The notes beneath the pieces are model-generated. The model saw only the letters and a program-made list of their open reading frames with translations, had not been told where the DNA came from and made no database searches. A program made the position numbers and the translations under genes. 13,000 nucleotides of DNA from Takakia lepidozioides (taxonomy: Eukaryota > Plantae > Bryophyta): assembly GCA_030704615.1 (NCBI GenBank), contig JAKLZA010000200.1:1-13000 (forward strand), written 5' to 3'. This document shows, in pieces, positions 8,674 through 13,000 of the stretch. Position 1 is the stretch's first letter. The number at the start of each line of letters is the position of its first letter.

Positions 8674-11600
8674 ATGAAGAGAGTGAGAGGAATGGAGGAA
8701 ATCAGGGTGAAGAGCACCACAATTCTGCAGAAACAAACGATGGCTACCCCACAGGCGATAAAGATACTGAAGGAGCTGAGATTGGAAGGATTGCAAAGCA
8801 TGGATTGGACACTACACCATAGACAGTACATGTTACAATTTTTGCAGAACTTTGAGCCAAAGACAGGAACAACAACGGTGAAGGGAGTTGAATTAATGAT
8901 TACTCCCCTATACCTCCAGCAATTGTTTCGATTGCCAGAAGGTCATGTGTATGTGGAGGAACACAGGGAAAGACTGCAAATAGGGGATTTATTCCAAGAA
9001 GGGAGTTTCTTTAAAACTCAGGGTTATGCTTGTACCAAAGCTGTGTACCCAGGGTTAAAAGACATAGGCCAAGTATTGAACGTTCTGATTGCCCTGAAAC
9101 AGAACCAACAATATTTGAGCAGATCCTTCACAGAGGAAATCCTCAAAGGCTTGAAGGGACAAGAGGTACATGGGCGGACATAATGTACAACGCACTGGTA
9201 GAGGAGATGAAAAGATTACAAGGTACTACCGCAAAATCTCCTATCATAGTGTCTGGCCCAATCATTGCTCAAATAATCCTTAGTTCTGGCATACTTAATG
9301 CACAAGAAAGGAAGGAAATGGGAGTGTTTGAGCCAGAAACAACTGCAATGGAAGAGCAAGGCTCTTCACACAGTGAGGGTGGACTAGCAGCACAACCGAG
9401 ACTAAGAGGCAGAGAAGGGGAAAGACTGTAGTGGCGGATCCACTGGCTTCACGGATTCCGCATGATAATGTTCCCAAGCTCATGACCAGGGAGGGCACAG
9501 CAGCACAAAAGAATGTTATTACTGGAAGCAGGACCTTCAGAGAGGGAGGAAGAAGTTACTTCTGCATCACAACCAACACAGCCACTTGAACGACTTGTCA
9601 CAAGGTCACAAGTTATCCATGCAGCTCAACCCGAAATAATAGATTTGGAAAGTGAAGGGATAGATATTCCAACTACAGAACAGATAGTGGCGGAAATAGA
9701 GAAAGGGGACCTTCTCTATGAATATTCTGGTCTGGTCAAGCAGACAGAAATCCCAGAGGTGCAACAGTTGCCCAAAAAATCCTGAGGTACATATAATGCA
9801 CACACCTGTGTGGAGGTACCACAGGCGGAAGGCCATGACACTGTAGCACCGGTCATAAATGAAGTAGTTCAGGAAGAAAATCCGGTGGGACAATGGTCTG
9901 AATGGTTAGTGAGACATCATACTGTTGAAGATCGGAGGAACAGCAGCAACCTCACCATGATGACCCTCAACAGGCAATGCTGATGAATTCCATAGGCAGG
10001 ACACTTAATTTGTTGGGGACTTATGTCAAAACCCATGTTCCAATTACCCAATTGACAGCCTTGAAAGAAGAACTCAGGAAGGAGTTTGAGGCTCGACTTG
10101 CCACTGAGTGTTCAAACAAGGTCGATGAAGAGGTCACTCTCAAGATGAAGCAGGACTTGGCCATACAGAAATGGCTTTGCAATTGGCCAAGCAACAATTG
10201 ATTGAGGCAGGCCTTGCGCAAGACCAGTTGCACGAAGCACATAAGCAACAGCTATACCAAATGCAGGTGCAGCATGAAAGCAAGTTGCAAGAACTGAATG
10301 CACTACATACGGAGTTGCAGACAGTGCATAACAGGATGGAGATACAATGCGCTACATTTACAACTATGCTTGACCAATCAACAAAAGAAATAAACAGTCA
10401 AGCGGAAAAATGTACGAAGGCAGAAGAAGAGAATGTGGAGCACATGAAGCTCATTGTCGATATGAAGAATACAATCTGTCGCAATGAAGATACTTTCAAG
10501 CAATACAGGCAGATGGAAGCTGAGAATGAGAAATACATCGTGGAGTTGCAACAAACCATCGTGGCCAATAGAAATGAAATCTCGGTCAGTAACAAGGCTT
10601 CGAAAGAAGCCAATAATCTACTTGCTGCCTATGCGCAATTGGTTGAGCCACAGGCGAAGCGCATGAAGGCTTTACAACAGCAGTTGGAATTGTATAAGCT
10701 AAGAGAGGAGCAAACTCTCAGGGGAACCACAAGCAGCTTGGTGGATAACAGCCTTATGCAGGTCTGGTTAGCACAAGGGCCAGTAGAGGGCAAAGCCCAC
10801 GGAAGCTCACCCAAAGCGAGATGAATGAGCTTAGACTGCAGGTGCAGAACATTGCCACAACTACTATAGACAATGTCTATAGTAGGATAGCAGAGTTACA
10901 AGAGGATGTAGACGGACTCCAGACTCAAGTGGAAGACCTCACTTCAAACATCGACCAAAGAGTCTATATCCCTCGGGAACAGCTAATGGCTTCTTATTTG
11001 AAAGCCAGAACTCTGGCTTTTCAGTCTTCACAGGAGGTGCAAGAGATGCCAATGGTACAGGAACCACTACCACCACCACCACAATAGGTCAGTGTACCAG
11101 TAACTGAACCTGTGGTTACTACAACCACACCACAGCCACCACAGCCGGAGGTATGGGGCAATGCAGCTTTTAACCCACCTAAAACTCCAGCTGCCAGGGA
11201 GTACAGTAGGGCTATGATTATGCCCTTCAACCAAATTCCATTCATGTTGGATTTGGCTTGGAAAGAATTTAGTCCTCCGCAGTCATTCGCACATTACTAC
11301 CAAATCATGCGTATTTGGCTGCCAGTGGCAACCAGGACTAAAGTTCTTCCAAACAATCGACATATTGAAGATCATCACTTTGCACAATACTGGCACGAGG
11401 CAGGTACCATGTTGAGGGAATTGGTTGCTTTCCAGGTTGTACATGGACTCATTTATACCAAGACCAAGGAGATAGCAAGTATTGTCATGGGGTGCGGGCT
11501 ATACTACGCTGCTTGTTTTCTGATACGTTACCACATTGAGCAACAAAAGATGCAAGCACGCTTTCAAAGTTACTCCAGTGGAGATCATTGGGTATTACCT

Positions 11601-12213
11601 TCGGTGCCACCTCATATGTACCTATATGACCCAAAAGTTATGATACAGAAGGATTCTCAAATTCGTTCATGGTTTCAAGCAGCCTGCAACAATTTGTCAA
11701 CACAGAAATTCGGACTTGATGACATTTTCTATAAGGGACATATCGCATGGAAATACTTGCACGCGGGCACCAGTAATTGGTACCCCACTCATTTGGACAG
11801 ACAAGGAGCTCAGTGTCTACACCAATTTTGCTGTTCAACGGTTGCACCAGGTTGTAAAATGCAAACTTCCAGACATGGTAGGACAGCATTGTATGCCCCA
11901 GATGATTCCACAAAAAGTTCGAAAATTAAAACACCTAAGAGGCGATGACGATTCTGATACAACTGGTTCTTCACAAAATTCTTTTGACATGGGAGAAGAC
12001 TATACAATTCAGATGGAAGCGAAGAAACAAAGGGGATCTCCTCTACCGGAAAGATTACCTCGATATCAGCCTCCAGAAGGCCTCACTTATCCAGGTAGTA
12101 ATCAACCATCTCCATCAACCAGAGACAGACCTCGGGCTCGTACACACAGCCCACCACGAAACTCTCAACGTCAAAGTGATCACTCACAAAGGTTTGCTAC
12201 TCGAAAACAGTAA
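8674..12213 (+). pseudogene. Extra 3' sense ORF ('env-position'), ~1,180 aa when reconstructed: plant-transposon-protein/PMD-like N-domain, acidic linker, long coiled coil, Pro/Thr linker, unknown globular domain, disordered basic tail
   Basis: Near-contiguous + strand ORF pieces starting at 8449, 9030, 9513, 9977, 10171, 10821, 11112 and 11716. N-domain pattern QFLQNF..TTTVKGVELMITPLYLQQLFRLP..(V)TWADIMY..SGPIIAQI. Heptad Q/E/L/K-rich stretch ~10050-11000. The stop at 12211-12213 sits just before the hairpin/PPT. The start could instead be ATG 8458. Confidence 0.75.
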
Positions 12214-12214
12214 A

Positions 12215-12248
12215 CCGTGAGGACACGGCTTTTTGAGGGGGGAAGGGG
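12215..12248 (+). promoter_or_regulatory. CCGTG-AGGA-CACGG hairpin, T-tract and polypurine tract
   Basis: Stem 12215-12219/12224-12228, TTTTT 12230-12234, GAGGGGGGAAGGGG 12235-12248, then TAA and the LTR TG. Confidence 0.92.
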
Positions 12249-12251
12249 TAA

Positions 12252-13000
12252 TGTTAGAGGACTGTAGGGGACTTAGACACTTATACGGGATCTGTAGGGT
12301 ACCCTTAATTTTTGCACAGACTGAGACAAACAGGAACCTTAGGGGTGACAGCAGAGCACTGTAGAAGGGGGTTACACAACCCACACAGCCCACACAGCCG
12401 TCACAGCCGTCACAGCCCACACAGCCCACACAGCCGACACAGCCCACACAGCCCACACAGCCCACACAGCCGTCACAGCCCACACAGCCCACACAGCCGT
12501 CACAGCCAACACAGCCCGTCACAGCCGTCACAGCCCACACAGCCCGTCATAGTCGTCACAGCCCACACAGCCCACACAGCCCGTCACAGTCGTCACAGCA
12601 GACACAGCCCACACAGCCAGTCACAGCCGGCATAGCCACACAGCCAGTCACAGCCCGACACAGCCAAACACAGCCAGTCACCGCTTGACACAGCTGTCAC
12701 GATAATAGGGAACGAAGAGTAGGACAGGGAACGACTGTGGGGAACAACACCAGAGAAGGGAACATGTTAGTTCACATACGACGGTTAGAGAGGGAAACGG
12801 TTAGAACCGCGGATAGGAGGATAAAGGGAAGAACGGGGATTATGATGAGATCATTATTCGGGGAGGACTTGGGAGTCAGGCGGAAGCGGAGATCGGAGAG
12901 CACGATGAAGGAGGATTAGTAGATGCTTGTTAGATGCAAAGCCGTAGGGATATTGTAGAGGAGAATAGAGATACAATGGCTTCGGCCTGATACCTGATAA
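12252..13000 (+). repeat. 3' LTR (right end outside the window)
   Basis: Starts TGTTAGAGG 3 nt after the PPT; matches 5' LTR sequence up to 572. Confidence 0.93.
12375..12700 (+). repeat. Minisatellite array in 3' LTR U3, ~35 units of mostly 9-10 bp CACAGCC-
   Basis: Same unit types as 1-264; ends TGACACAGCTGTCAC. Confidence 0.97.

Larger units (their letters stand above)
1..13000 (+). mobile_element. Ty3/gypsy LTR retrotransposon, non-chromovirus (Athila/Phygy/Selgy-like), with extra 5' and 3' ORFs; both LTRs truncated by the window
   Basis: Direct terminal repeats (161-572 match ~12598-13000), PBS, PPT, and domain order gag-PR-RT-RH-INT. Motifs FAWSYEDLKGI, VFLDDFSVY and KWGLDFVGP resemble plant non-chromovirus gypsy elements. 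Lineage is inferred from motifs, not from a tree. Confidence 0.97.

Noticed and set aside
11085-11087. Programmed stop-codon readthrough
   Set aside because: The context TAG-GTC is not the leaky CARYYA type; a CAG-to-TAG mutation is simpler.
801-12007. Numerous minus-strand ORFs of 60-130 aa (antisense gene as in Retand elements)
   Set aside because: Short shadows of purine-rich + strand coding sequence, with no recognisable domains.
8674-12213. True retroviral envelope glycoprotein
   Set aside because: No evident signal peptide, fusion-protein layout or convincing C-terminal TM anchor; 'env-like' refers to position only.
12184-12635. ORFs encoding (VGC/DGC)n or (HSP/HSR)n, and the minus-strand CDRLCH-repeat ORFs at 7579-7903
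   Set aside because: By-products of stop-free minisatellite translation; not metallothionein-like genes.

Overview
The window is filled by one near-full-length plant-type Ty3/gypsy LTR retrotransposon on the + strand, clipped by the window inside both LTRs. Order: 5' LTR (..878, ends ACA); tRNA-Arg-like PBS (881-898); an unknown upstream ORF (~907-1466); gag with three CCHC knuckles; protease, RT, RNase H and integrase (GPY/F motif, no chromodomain or extra archaeal RNase H recognised); a ~360-bp array of 30-bp CACAGC units; a CpG-rich spacer; a ~1,180-codon extra sense ORF (plant-transposon/Athila 'env-like' N-domain, coiled coil, unrecognised C-domain); hairpin and PPT; 3' LTR (starts TGTTAG at 12252). 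It looks like a non-chromovirus (Athila/Phygy/Selgy-like), possibly from a non-seed plant (inference). All coding regions are broken by many 1-2 nt indels, so this is either a decayed copy or long-read error. The most interesting signal is that the same CACAGCC motif is arrayed in both LTRs and again upstream of the extra ORF, each time followed by CpG-rich DNA in an otherwise CpG-poor element. This suggests (hypothesis only) a cis-array plus trans-factor module, such as a VANC-like anti-silencing or transactivation system in an LTR retrotransposon. All counts were made by eye; no searches were run.
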